A DNA stretch of 64,000 bases from an uncultured virus (IMG/VR IMGVR_UViG_3300010885_047555). Its lineage: Duplodnaviria > Heunggongvirae > Uroviricota > Caudoviricetes. Location: the IMG/VR virus record IMGVR_UViG_3300010885_047555; one strand, given 5' to 3'. The notes under the pieces are model-generated. The model worked only from the letters and a program-made list of their open reading frames with translations, did no database searches and was not told the DNA's origin. Position numbers and translations under genes: made by a program. This document shows, piece after piece, positions 1 through 9,098 of this stretch. Every line of letters starts with the position of its first letter. The first letter of the stretch is position 1.

Positions 1-1
1 G

Positions 2-508
2 CAGCGTTACTACCCTGTACAAAACTGGGGTGCTCTTGCAGGTTCAACTCAGGCTCTTGCCGCTGACCGAATGGTCGCTGTTCCGTTCTTGACAGGAAAC
101 GCATCACTAAGCATTGACAGAATGAGTTTGGAAGTAACGACTGCTGTTGCTTCCACGCTCATCAAGTTGATTGTTTATTCTGACAACACTGGTTACCCGA
201 ACGCTGTTGTTTACAATGCGGGAACAATTGACTCATCAACAACTGGAATAAAAGAAATCACTGTCAGCCCCACACAGGCTTTGAGTGCGAACACTTTGTA
301 TTGGCTTGTTGCTGTTTCTAATGGAGCACCTACGGTTCGGGGTTCTAATGGAAGCACCATTGGTGTTGCTGCGTATGCGTATGTTGGTTCTGGAAACGTT
401 GGCTCGTTTTACAAAGATGGCGCAGGAAACTACACAACACCACCATCCTACGGAACACCAACAGGCAATTTGACTGTCGCACCGCGTCTACAAGTGAGGG
501 TCGTATGA
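2..508 (+). CDS. C-terminal part of a virion fibre/decoration protein (runs off the left edge)
   Basis: Frame is open from base 2 (QRYYPVQNWGALAGSTQALAADRM...). Thr/Gly/Ser-rich beta-type sequence; probably continues the fibre block at the right end of the window. Confidence 0.6.
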   Translation, partial: QRYYPVQNWGALAGSTQALAADRMVAVPFLTGNASLSIDRMSLEVTTAVASTLIKLIVYSDNTGYPNAVVYNAGTIDSSTTGIKEITVSPTQALSANTLYWLVAVSNGAPTVRGSNGSTIGVAAYAYVGSGNVGSFYKDGAGNYTTPPSYGTPTGNLTVAPRLQVRVV

Positions 509-711
509 TTCAAACAGTTTATGGCGCTGGCGGTTTTTGCGAAAACTGCGACACCACACACGACCATCCTTTGCACAACATTATTGAGATTATTGAGACT
601 CAAGACGAACCTGCAAGCCAAATGGATGTAGCGCGCAAGTCTGCCATCGACAAACTTATTAAATTAGGTTTATCAATGGAAGAAATTGCTGCTATTAGCG
701 GAAACATTTAG
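505..711 (+). CDS. small fibre-associated protein (chaperone-like)
   Basis: ATGA overlap with the upstream gene; CxxC..H..H motif and C-terminal RKSAIDKLIKLGLSMEEI, a pattern common downstream of fibre genes. Confidence 0.5.
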   Translation: MIQTVYGAGGFCENCDTTHDHPLHNIIEIIETQDEPASQMDVARKSAIDKLIKLGLSMEEIAAISGNI

Positions 712-727
712 CGAAAAGTAGATAGAT

Positions 728-2986
728 ATGCCTGAACAGTTATTCGCACAGCCAGAAGATATTCTTAAGACTCCAGCAGTAACTTACCTTACTGTGGGAA
801 AAATTAATTATGTTTCGTATACGCCACCACAGCAGCCGTCCCATAATTATCTACAAGCTGCGGCCGGCATAGCAGCGGCCTTCTTGGCCTTTCGTTGGAT
901 GATGACGGTTGGGCTAAATGAAGAAAATGTTAGAAAACGCGAAGATATTGATAAATCCTTACAAAAGCTCCAAGATATTGTTCTTCCTGAATTCACCGTA
1001 TTAGCCGAACCTCATATTCACCTTGCAGCTTCTTTGGTCAATAATAAAATTGAAGATAATTATGCCAAGGTGTATTCAGACGAATTGGGAAAATATATCT
1101 CTGACACTTCGTCACAAGCTGTTTTAGATGGATATATGGCTGCCGTAAACGCAGGAATTGAGCGCATGCGCGCGTGGGAAATTGCTGCAAGCGGATACGG
1201 TTTAGATCAAACTCAAATGCGTCAATATGTAACTGCAAGTATTTCAGAACACAATGCAATCAAACCTGGGTATGACACCCGCAATAAAACTAAACCATCC
1301 GAAATTCTTTTACAGAAACTCATTGATAGCCGGGCAGAAAAAATTGGCTCTAATGAGTCGTTTGCTGCAGCGCAGATGTCTACTATTGTTTCTTTTCAAT
1401 CTTCACAGTATCGCGGTGAACTTCAAAATGGCATTAGACGCTGGGAAACTGCTCAAGATGAGCGCGTGTGTCCCACCTGTGGACCACTAGACGGCGTTGA
1501 AGCGGACATGTTTGAACCATTCTCAGTCAATGGTAAACAAATTTGGGCTCCAGGTATTCATCCGAATTGTCGGTGTTCTGTGTCGATTATGTATCCAGCA
1601 CAAGTTATTTCCAAGGCTGGATGGACGTACAACGAGGCAACGGCGGAAGAAGATCCGTTTGATAGAGATAGCAACGGACGATTTAGCAGAGTAGAGTCTC
1701 GTACCAAAAAGGCCACCGTTCTTGACAGAAAAGCGGCTCAAAAGGTAATAGAAGAACTCAAGCAAGTAAAGTCCCCTTTCGCCCCAGTAGAGACGTCTCC
1801 TTTTGTTTCAGGACAAATAAAACAGACTACAGCCTCTGCGTTTTCTCCAGCTAAAACGGCATTTGCCCCAACGGCAACCGAAACCTCCGTATTTGCGCCA
1901 GCGCAACAATCCGTATTCGTGCCTACAGAGACCTCTGCGTTTGTTGGAACTTCTGCGTTCACACCAATAAAACAAGAACTAGCAATAGTCGTAATTAATG
2001 GCATTAAAATGAAAAGAATGGCAAAAACTGAACCGGTAAAGGTTGATACTGATTACGCAGACGATGGTGAACCCAACGAGCCGGATACTGATCCATATTA
2101 CATTGGTGACCCGCTATACATGTTCGGCACGCACATCGAAAACGAATATGAAAAACAAGAAGGTGACGGTTTAAGAGTTGGTTCTATTGTTGACTTTGAT
2201 CAATTAAATCCATTAGACCAAGACCCTGATACTGGTGAGCGTATGCACGTTGGTTTCACATATACTGGAAATGGAATGATTAATCCTCGCGCTTTAGCTT
2301 TTAGCGCAGGCTCAGCTCAAGAGTTTATGAGCTATCAAAAAGAGGTTGGGGAATCTCCTGATATGGCTGGATTTAATTCTAGTATGACTGAAACTGCGTA
2401 TGAATATATCGACAACGAAGTTGAATACTCGGACGTTTCCGACTTGGTTGACGCTTACGCCACCAATAACAATCAGTGTATTCACATTTATCAAAACTAC
2501 TTAAAAGAACTAAAAGGTAGTTCTATGGATACGCTTACTTACGAACAATTCAGCCGCTTGTCCTTGCACGAAAAACAAGAAGCATTAATAGACACTTCAC
2601 TTAAGAGTTACGAAGATGATTATGCGATTAAAATGGCGTTTTCTTACCTTGTTGCTGGAAATACTCCTGAAGTTTTAAGATCAGAAATGGGCATGTACAA
2701 AGAGGGTAGTTCAATGTCAGGCAAAAACTTAGACGTTTTGTTCAAGTTTGATGGTGGATACGAAGGTTACAGGCTTGAAACAGATATGGGACTTGACGCC
2801 GGACAGGTAACTGGGCAATACGAAGTCACAAATATTGAACTTGAGAACGATTTGCCTGAGACTGATATTGAAGACGCTACGCTATATATGAACGGAAACC
2901 AGCATTTAATTCCAAATGAATGGCGTTTAATTACCCTTAGACCAATTATAAATTACAATTTTTCTGGCTATCCAGAGGCTGAGTAG
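728..2986 (+). CDS. MuF-like minor capsid (head morphogenesis) protein with long C-terminal extension
   Basis: WETAQDERVCPTCGPLDG...PGIHPNCRC is the MuF/SPP1 gp7 signature; followed by S-x-F repeats and an acidic domain of unknown function. Confidence 0.85.
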   Translation: MPEQLFAQPEDILKTPAVTYLTVGKINYVSYTPPQQPSHNYLQAAAGIAAAFLAFRWMMTVGLNEENVRKREDIDKSLQKLQDIVLPEFTVLAEPHIHLAASLVNNKIEDNYAKVYSDELGKYISDTSSQAVLDGYMAAVNAGIERMRAWEIAASGYGLDQTQMRQYVTASISEHNAIKPGYDTRNKTKPSEILLQKLIDSRAEKIGSNESFAAAQMSTIVSFQSSQYRGELQNGIRRWETAQDERVCPTCGPLDGVEADMFEPFSVNGKQIWAPGIHPNCRCSVSIMYPAQVISKAGWTYNEATAEEDPFDRDSNGRFSRVESRTKKATVLDRKAAQKVIEELKQVKSPFAPVETSPFVSGQIKQTTASAFSPAKTAFAPTATETSVFAPAQQSVFVPTETSAFVGTSAFTPIKQELAIVVINGIKMKRMAKTEPVKVDTDYADDGEPNEPDTDPYYIGDPLYMFGTHIENEYEKQEGDGLRVGSIVDFDQLNPLDQDPDTGERMHVGFTYTGNGMINPRALAFSAGSAQEFMSYQKEVGESPDMAGFNSSMTETAYEYIDNEVEYSDVSDLVDAYATNNNQCIHIYQNYLKELKGSSMDTLTYEQFSRLSLHEKQEALIDTSLKSYEDDYAIKMAFSYLVAGNTPEVLRSEMGMYKEGSSMSGKNLDVLFKFDGGYEGYRLETDMGLDAGQVTGQYEVTNIELENDLPETDIEDATLYMNGNQHLIPNEWRLITLRPIINYNFSGYPEAE

Positions 2987-2993
2987 ATAATGT

Positions 2994-4229
2994 ATGGAGA
3001 ATAGTAATATGACTAATCCCATTTTTAGTGAACTTGTGTCCGCTATCTACGGTAATGCCGTAGACGAACGCGAGATTTGGGATGTTATTTCTAAATCCGG
3101 AAACATGCCAAAAGATGCTTCTCTTAAGGAAACACGCACTGGTCAGGCATTAAACGTGGTGGCTGGCACTGGCGGAGGTTTAGCCTTGTACCACGCTACA
3201 AAGCGCATGAATTTGGCTAGAAAAGGCATTGATGTCGAAGGCTCTAGAAAATCCTCAAAACTAATTTCTGGAATGAAAAGAGTTCCGGGTCTAAAAGTAA
3301 TAGCAGAGCATCCAAAGGGTGCTGCTGTGACCGCAGCTGGCGCCGCCATGACGCTTCACGGAGCAGAACTTGCTGGAGACGCTATCGCAGCAAGATCATT
3401 GCACCGTTCAGCGCAAAGAGCTAAATACAACAAATCGCAAATCAAAAAGTCTATTGGCGATGTGATTGAAGCGCGTAAATCTGGAAGAATTACTACCGAG
3501 CAAGCAATATCTCTCGCAGATGACGTAATTCAAAAAGGTTTGATTTCTGAAGTTGCAAGAGGAGCTTGGAAAGGCCTCAAGGGAACAAAGGGCTTACCAA
3601 GTGGTGTAAGACAGGCTCCGGGCGCTTTTAGAAGACTCGTGGGAAACGCTGGAAAAAAAGTTCATCTACCGGTACAGCCGCTTAATAATAAACAACTTGC
3701 TAGAGGTTCGGCCGCTGTTGGTGCCGTAGCTGGCGCTGGAGGAACTCTTGCCTACCAGAATAGACAACGTAAATCTGCCATACCACCTAATCCAACCGTT
3801 GCTAAATCTGATTCAGGAATGACTTGGAAAGGCGAAATTTCTAAGGTTGATACTGATAAGCGTCAGGTATTTGGCTGGTGCAGTCTCACCTCCATGAATG
3901 GTCAGCCTGTTATTGACCTTCAGGGCGATTATGTCCCCTTAGAAGAAATTGAAAAAGCCGCTTACGAGTATGTAATTCATTCCCGTAAGGGCGGAGACAT
4001 GCACGCGAGAGACGGAGAAGGCCCTAAACATACCGCTGATCTTATTGAGTCTTTCCTTGTTACTCCAGAGAAACTTAAACAAATGGGTCTTTCTGACAAC
4101 GCTCTGCCGCACGGATGGTGGATTGGCATGAAAGTTAATGACGATGAACAATGGAACCTAGTTAAAAGCGGTGGCCGCACTGGTTTTTCCATTCACGGTA
4201 AAGGTTCACGCATCGAGAAAATGCTCTGA
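2994..4229 (+). CDS. XkdF-like prohead serine protease (domain about 3819-4229) with N-terminal basic Gly/Ala-rich modules
   Basis: KRQVFGW..DLQGD..IEKAAYEY..GDMH..IESF..GWWIGMKV.DDEQW.LVKSG..TGFSIHG; alternative start ATG 3009. Confidence 0.85.
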   Translation: MENSNMTNPIFSELVSAIYGNAVDEREIWDVISKSGNMPKDASLKETRTGQALNVVAGTGGGLALYHATKRMNLARKGIDVEGSRKSSKLISGMKRVPGLKVIAEHPKGAAVTAAGAAMTLHGAELAGDAIAARSLHRSAQRAKYNKSQIKKSIGDVIEARKSGRITTEQAISLADDVIQKGLISEVARGAWKGLKGTKGLPSGVRQAPGAFRRLVGNAGKKVHLPVQPLNNKQLARGSAAVGAVAGAGGTLAYQNRQRKSAIPPNPTVAKSDSGMTWKGEISKVDTDKRQVFGWCSLTSMNGQPVIDLQGDYVPLEEIEKAAYEYVIHSRKGGDMHARDGEGPKHTADLIESFLVTPEKLKQMGLSDNALPHGWWIGMKVNDDEQWNLVKSGGRTGFSIHGKGSRIEKML

Positions 4230-4246
4230 GAGCAGAAGGAACAAAA

Positions 4247-4681
4247 ATGACACTTGCTGAAGCCCTAGGCGTGGTCCTGGCGAATACCTTCCAAATGTAT
4301 ATGAAAGCTCATAAACATCACTTTAACGTGGTTGGAGAGGGATTTCCCTACTACCACAAATTCTTTAATAAAATATATGAAGATGTTTATGGGGCAATTG
4401 ACCCAACTTCCGAGAACATTAGAAAACTCGGAGAAAAAGTTCAATTTGAAGCTGAGTGGATGCTCGTACATTCCACAATTCAAAATGAAATTACTATTAA
4501 TGCTCAAGCTATGTGCCAAGATTTATACATAGCTAACAACATTATTTTAGACAGTTTAATGCTGGCTTTCAAGATAGCGGATAATAGTAACGAACAAGGT
4601 ATCTGCAACTTCCTTGCGGATAGAATCGATTCTCACGAGAAGCATCGTTGGATGCTAAAATCTTCAATGAAGGAGCAATAA
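4247..4681 (+). CDS. dps: Dps/ferritin-like protein
   Basis: YMKAHKHHFNVVGEGF..YHKFF..IYE....IDPTSENIRKLG ... HEKHRWML matches the Dps four-helix pattern. Confidence 0.85.
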   Translation: MTLAEALGVVLANTFQMYMKAHKHHFNVVGEGFPYYHKFFNKIYEDVYGAIDPTSENIRKLGEKVQFEAEWMLVHSTIQNEITINAQAMCQDLYIANNIILDSLMLAFKIADNSNEQGICNFLADRIDSHEKHRWMLKSSMKEQ

Positions 4682-5533
4682 ATGTGCGCTAGTTGCGGCT
4701 GTGGATGCAAAAAAGGTAGTCCGGAAAAGGGTTGTAAATGCGATTGCAAAACCTGTGCTAATGCCAGAGAAGGTGCTAAGCATGAGTCTTCTGAAAGCAA
4801 ATCTTATGAAGGCAAAGAAAAAGAAGTAGAAAAAGCTTTTAAAGACGCTTCAGATATTCTTAAAGCTTATACTAATTCTCAATTAAAGCGCAAGCGCAAT
4901 ATTGGTCTTGGTGCTGCTGGGGTAGGAGCCTTAGGCGTTGCCGCCGGACGACCAATGGTGGACATGGTGCGTGCGCGCACACTACAGTCGGTGATGACTC
5001 CAGATGCAGCTAAACAAGCAAAATATATTAAATCCGCCGTTAGATATGCACATGGTGCTACTGGTCTCGGACTAGGCGGGGCTGCAATCGTTGCTGGTGG
5101 ACTTGCTCAGGCTGGTAAATCTCAAATACGCTTATCTCATAGAAATAGAAAAATGGACGTCACTAAGGCTGCCTTTTTTGCAGAAGATGTGGAAAAAGGT
5201 ATGCCGAATATCGCCGCAATGGGCGGACAATTAAAAGCTCTTGGTGGCGCCCTAAAAACTGGAGCAAAGGCTTTTGTGAGTGGTGCAAAAACTGGTGAAA
5301 AATTTGGTTCCGCTGGTGTTAAAAATGCCGTATCTCCATATGGCGTTGCTAACGCAGCTCAAAAGGTAAAGACTGCTGGTTTTAAAACTGGAAATGCTTA
5401 TGGCGCTGGTAAGAAATACGCCATGGCAAATCCTGGCAAGACTGCCGCAATGGGAGCCGGAGCCGGAGTAGTTGGTTACGGAGCAACAAAAATTAATAAG
5501 TCTGCAGTATCAGCGTTTGGCGTAGAACACTAA
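4682..5533 (+). CDS. putative internal head protein: Cys-rich N-terminus, basic Gly/Ala modules, C-terminal SAFGVEH
   Basis: 8 Cys in the first 25 aa; hydrophobic Gly-rich stretches flanked by K/R; located in the head module. Confidence 0.6.
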   Translation: MCASCGCGCKKGSPEKGCKCDCKTCANAREGAKHESSESKSYEGKEKEVEKAFKDASDILKAYTNSQLKRKRNIGLGAAGVGALGVAAGRPMVDMVRARTLQSVMTPDAAKQAKYIKSAVRYAHGATGLGLGGAAIVAGGLAQAGKSQIRLSHRNRKMDVTKAAFFAEDVEKGMPNIAAMGGQLKALGGALKTGAKAFVSGAKTGEKFGSAGVKNAVSPYGVANAAQKVKTAGFKTGNAYGAGKKYAMANPGKTAAMGAGAGVVGYGATKINKSAVSAFGVEH

Positions 5534-5535
5534 AA

Positions 5536-6282
5536 ATGTCAAAACAAATGACGCCTGAAGAACTTGCTAGACGCAAAAGAATTCAGGCACACCTTTCTGT
5601 CGCCGGAGGCACCCTTGGCTTAACCGCCCTGGGCGCTAAAGGCGCTGGATTGGCATTAGGACGCGCCGGTAAGGCCGTTCATGCTGTAAAGGCAGACAAA
5701 ACAGCTATTGGAATATTGACCGGCGGAGCTGGTCTTGGCGGTGTTGGAGCTTTTAATTTCGCCGCCACACAAAAAGCAGAGGCAGCCGGAGTGAAACCTA
5801 AAATGGTACTAGTCAAAAAAGCATACAATCCTGAACGAAATCGGGAGCGTAGAGCCAACGTTTATACGGGTGCGGCAATAGCGGGTACGGGTGCTGGAGT
5901 ATTAAGATCAGCCAAAGCATTTAATAGCGCAGGCGGCGTGGGACATCTGAAACTAGCAGGAGCTAGAAGAAAACAAGCTTCTGATTTTATTTCCAGGTCA
6001 AAGACAAGAACTGGCAAGACCGCCGCTGCAAATATTGCAAATGACACGAAAAAAGCTTCTGCTTTTAAAAACCTATCACGCTCGCATGTCGTTTCAGCCG
6101 GTAAAATTGTAAGGACAAGAGGAGTTCTAGTTCCTTTGGGGGCTTCTGCGGCTCTTGCCGGAACCGCCGGGGCTATTCAGCGTCAGAAAAAGAACAGCGG
6201 TCGCCCCTATAGCGGCTGGTACGACGGTAAGCAAAAACCAAAGTTTTCTCGTGTGGATAACACAACTGCAACAAGTAATTAA
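5536..6282 (+). CDS. basic Gly/Ala-rich protein with several hydrophobic segments (putative internal head/ejection protein)
   Basis: Composition, and position between protease and scaffold genes. Confidence 0.55.
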   Translation: MSKQMTPEELARRKRIQAHLSVAGGTLGLTALGAKGAGLALGRAGKAVHAVKADKTAIGILTGGAGLGGVGAFNFAATQKAEAAGVKPKMVLVKKAYNPERNRERRANVYTGAAIAGTGAGVLRSAKAFNSAGGVGHLKLAGARRKQASDFISRSKTRTGKTAAANIANDTKKASAFKNLSRSHVVSAGKIVRTRGVLVPLGASAALAGTAGAIQRQKKNSGRPYSGWYDGKQKPKFSRVDNTTATSN

Positions 6283-6352
6283 TTTCACTAAAAAACCTTA
6301 GCGTAATGTGAATTGCGTTATAGACAATAATATGTAATACAGGAGGCGAAAA

Positions 6353-7129
6353 GTGTCTAGGCGAGTAAAAGAACTAAGCAACATTGAAATTGATGAAATT
6401 TCTCTTGTTGACAAACCCGCAAACCAGCATGCCAAGGTGGCTATCGCCAAAAGGGCTCCCGAGGAGGAAACAGTGCCCGAAGAAATCTATGATGAGAACG
6501 GCAACTTTGTCGATATCGCATCTCTTCAAGAGGGTGACATCATTGTTGACGAAGAAGGTAACGAATACGTTTGGACATTCGAAGCTGACGACGAAGACGA
6601 AGAATCTCTCACTGAAGAATTAGAAGCAGTTGGCAAATCATTTGCTAACGACATCAGAGAAGAGCTATCAAAGGCTCTTACCGATATTGACCGCGATGAT
6701 GTAATCGCTAAATATGTTGGTGAAATTAGCAAGGCAGAAGCTCGTGCATACGAAGCAGAAAGCATCGCTAAAGCAGAGCGTACTTTGCGTCTTGAAAGAG
6801 AATACATCTCTAAGGCTGCAGAATACAATGTGCCAATCGCACCAGAAGATCTCGGTCCAGTTCTCATGCGCATGGCTGAAACCATGTCGTACGACGATTG
6901 CGCAGTTATCCACAAGGCTCTCACCGCTTCAGGTGAAATCCTTTGGGAAGAAGTTGGCTATCAGGGTCTCTCTGATAACTCAGACGTTTTCTCTCAGGTA
7001 GACGCTCTTGCCGGTGAATTTATCAGCAAAGCAAACAGTGGTATCAGCAAGCACGCAGCTGTTGCAGATCTGTTTTCGCATAATCCACGTGCATACGACG
7101 AGTACCTCGCTGAAAAGCGCGGATACTAA
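6353..7129 (+). CDS. capsid scaffolding protein with protease-like N-terminal strand
   Basis: AGGAGG RBS and GTG start; acidic helical protein upstream of decoration and major capsid genes; N-terminal IDEISLVDKPAN. Confidence 0.8.
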   Translation: MSRRVKELSNIEIDEISLVDKPANQHAKVAIAKRAPEEETVPEEIYDENGNFVDIASLQEGDIIVDEEGNEYVWTFEADDEDEESLTEELEAVGKSFANDIREELSKALTDIDRDDVIAKYVGEISKAEARAYEAESIAKAERTLRLEREYISKAAEYNVPIAPEDLGPVLMRMAETMSYDDCAVIHKALTASGEILWEEVGYQGLSDNSDVFSQVDALAGEFISKANSGISKHAAVADLFSHNPRAYDEYLAEKRGY

Positions 7130-7146
7130 GAAAGGATGTAAGTTAA

Positions 7147-7779
7147 ATGGCTTACGATGAGGGTCTACGGACTATCTCCCTGAATGCTGATGCTACATTA
7201 GCAGCCAGAACTGGATCGCCAACTGTCGTTGCGCTTACCGTCACCAACAAAGCACTTACTTCTAACGTTGCAACCTTGACTGTTAACGCAGCTCACGGTT
7301 TCTCTGTTGGTCAGCAAGTGGTTGTTGCGGGCGTTGACGCGACTTTCAATGGCATTCAGGTTGTCACCGCAGTTGGTTCTGCAGTGACTTTCACATACGC
7401 AAAAACGGCTACTAACGTTACTTCTGCTGCCGCGACTGGAACCGTAACTGGTACCGCTCCAAGCATCAAGGGTAATCAGTACCGCTTTGTCAAGGTTACC
7501 GGAGCTCATACTGTCGGTCTCGCTACTGACTCTGACAATGGTGCTTTAATCATTGGTGTTTTGCAGAATAAACCGCAGGTTACCGGTACTGCTGCTTCCG
7601 TTGCAATTGACGGTGTCAGCCTTATTGAAGCAGGCGCAACAATTGCCGCAGGTAATGCAGTAAAGGCTGACTCTCTTGGTCGCGCCGTTGCGGCAACCGT
7701 CGGTACCGACGTAGTAAGTGGTTTTGCATTGGCAGCAGCCTCTGTTGGACAACTTTTTCCCGTTAAACTACGGGTCTGA
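7147..7779 (+). CDS. head decoration / capsid cement protein with an inserted beta domain
   Basis: QYRFVKVTG..IIGVLQNKP..GVSLIEAGATIAAG.AVKADSLGRAV pattern; directly upstream of the major capsid gene. Confidence 0.7.
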   Translation: MAYDEGLRTISLNADATLAARTGSPTVVALTVTNKALTSNVATLTVNAAHGFSVGQQVVVAGVDATFNGIQVVTAVGSAVTFTYAKTATNVTSAAATGTVTGTAPSIKGNQYRFVKVTGAHTVGLATDSDNGALIIGVLQNKPQVTGTAASVAIDGVSLIEAGATIAAGNAVKADSLGRAVAATVGTDVVSGFALAAASVGQLFPVKLRV

Positions 7780-7802
7780 AGAAAGGTAAAGGAAAAGCTT
7801 AA

Positions 7803-8804
7803 ATGCCAACTCCATCACAATCCGATTTACATATTAATGCTCCCCTTACGAGCGTTTCGGTTGCTTACCTTCAGGATTCCGATGTCTTTATTGCGGACAA
7901 AGTTTTCCCAAAGGTTCCAGTTCAAAAGCAATCTGACCTCTACTGGAAGTATTCAAAGTCCGACTGGCGTCGTACTGACGTCCAGCGTCGCGCTCCATCT
8001 ACCGAGTCACCTGGTGTCGGTTGGAACGTAACTACGGATCAGTACTTTGCACACGTCTACGCTGTCCATAAGGATATCGACGATCAACTACGTGCAAACG
8101 CTGACTCTAACTTCAATCTCGATTCAGACTCAACCAAGTTCATCACAAATCAGCTTTTGCTGAAGCGTGACCTTGATTTTGCTGCAACCTACCTGCAAAC
8201 AGGTGTTTGGGCAACTGAATATACTGGTGTTTCTGCAAGCCCAACCGGCTCACAGTTCCTCCAGTGGAACAACGCTTCATCTGACCCAATCATGGCTATC
8301 AATAGCTGGATTGTAAGTTTCCGTCAGTTGACAGGTTTTGCTCCGAATATTCTTGTTCTCGGTGCTCTTACTTTCCAGACGTTGCGTCAGCATCCTCTGA
8401 TTGTTGATCGCATCAAGTACACCCAGCGCGGTATTGTTACTGAAGAATTGCTTGCAGCGTTGTTTGGTGTTCCAAAGATTGTCGTTTCATACGCAACCAA
8501 GGAAACATCTAGCGCACAGTATGGTGATTCAATCGTTCAGGACGCAAACGCATCATATGCATTCATCACCGACAGCAAGTCTGCAGCGTTGTTCTACGCT
8601 CCTCCTGCTGCTTCCCTGATGACTCCATCTGCAGGTTACATCTTTACCTGGAATGGTTACGCAGCTGGTAACGGCGAAGGCATCCGTGTCAAGAGTTTCC
8701 GTATGGAACATCTTGCATCAGATCGCATTGAAGCTGAAATGACTTACGACATGAAGGCAGTTGCTACCGACATGGGCGTATTCATTAACAGCGCAGTCGC
8801 ATAA
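7803..8804 (+). CDS. major capsid protein
   Basis: 333 aa; DLHINAPLTSVSVAY..FIADKVFPKVPVQKQSD.Y; strongly biased codon use; followed by a long hairpin. Confidence 0.9.
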   Translation: MPTPSQSDLHINAPLTSVSVAYLQDSDVFIADKVFPKVPVQKQSDLYWKYSKSDWRRTDVQRRAPSTESPGVGWNVTTDQYFAHVYAVHKDIDDQLRANADSNFNLDSDSTKFITNQLLLKRDLDFAATYLQTGVWATEYTGVSASPTGSQFLQWNNASSDPIMAINSWIVSFRQLTGFAPNILVLGALTFQTLRQHPLIVDRIKYTQRGIVTEELLAALFGVPKIVVSYATKETSSAQYGDSIVQDANASYAFITDSKSAALFYAPPAASLMTPSAGYIFTWNGYAAGNGEGIRVKSFRMEHLASDRIEAEMTYDMKAVATDMGVFINSAVA

Positions 8805-8817
8805 CGAACAAATAAGT

Positions 8818-8854
8818 CTAAGAGGTCGCTGTCACTTTTGGCGGCGACCTCTTA
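8818..8854 (+). terminator. hairpin after major capsid gene (terminator or mRNA stabiliser)
   Basis: ctaagaggtcgc...gcgacctcttag inverted repeat; U-tract is weak. Confidence 0.6.
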
Positions 8855-8871
8855 GTTTACATAGGAGAGAA

Positions 8872-9069
8872 ATGTATATTGCCCGCAGACCTATGCAAAT
8901 TGATGGAGAATGGCGCCAAATTGGAGAGCCAGTTCCAGAAGCCAATGAATGGCTACGTGTTGAGTCTTATGTTAATACAGGTTTTATCGTATGGGTTGAA
9001 GACCCAATCGAAGAAGTAATTATAGATACTCCGATTCCTGTTAAAAAAGTTGCTAAAAAATCCAAATAG
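8872..9069 (+). CDS. small virion-associated protein
   Basis: AGGAGA RBS before ATG 8872 (in frame with track ORF 8761); MYIARRPMQIDGEWRQIGEPVPEA. Confidence 0.65.
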   Translation: MYIARRPMQIDGEWRQIGEPVPEANEWLRVESYVNTGFIVWVEDPIEEVIIDTPIPVKKVAKKSK

Positions 9070-9098
9070 CGGAATGACCAGCGTTGGATAATGGAGTT

